DNA of 48,651 nt from Thermoplasmata archaeon (lineage in GTDB: Archaea; Thermoplasmatota; Thermoplasmata; Thermoplasmatales; GCA-001856825), in NCBI GenBank assembly GCA_021827945.1, contig JAKATW010000138.1, forward strand, positions 1 to 48,651. Reading direction: 5' to 3'. The notes beneath the pieces were generated by a model, which was not told the DNA's origin, made no database searches, and saw only the letters and a program-made list of their open reading frames with translations. Position numbers and translations under genes: made by a program. Every line of letters starts with the position of its first letter. The first letter of the stretch is position 1. Shown here one piece after another: positions 48,603-48,651 of the stretch.

Positions 48603-48651
48603 TTAAGTCACTCTCAATTATCTCTTCGCATAATAAAAGTTTTAGCCTCAC

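Noticed and set aside
1..48651. tRNA, rRNA or CRISPR arrays
   Set aside because: No cloverleaf/T-loop consensus, rRNA-like tract or regularly spaced direct repeats seen by eye.

Overview
Archaeal chromosomal window, most consistent with a Thermoplasmatales/Thermoplasmata-like organism (inferred from the archaeal-type SAM synthetase, RPA pair, TATA-led short or leaderless genes and GGAGG/GGTGA ribosome-binding sites). About 1-11.4 kb is an AT-richer accessory island. It holds one intact minimal tyrosine recombinase plus two or three recombinase remnants, two TPR proteins (one an archaeal STAND-like ATPase-wHTH-TPR), small orphan and membrane proteins, an unannotated 58-aa protein and several pseudogenes (PIN, a DUF302 duplicate, a surface-protein tail). 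From 11.45 kb the window is mostly core genome: class V aminotransferase, tag, PP-loop ATPase, amidohydrolases, glycerate kinase, RPA operon, purH, mat, RimI-like acetyltransferase, smc-scpA and topA. It continues with a radical SAM/GT4/flippase-like/DUF2070 cluster (candidate membrane-lipid modification) and a heme cluster (hemL,C,D,A,B; hemE,hemH; an AhbD/NirJ-like radical SAM; a CopD/HemJ-like membrane protein), then an M1 aminopeptidase, a decayed SRPBCC-ArsR pair and a multi-pass membrane protein with TM histidines. hemL has no canonical start codon (CTG is likely) and hemE contains an in-frame TGA. No tRNA, rRNA or CRISPR array was recognised. Family calls come from motif recognition by eye, not from database searches.
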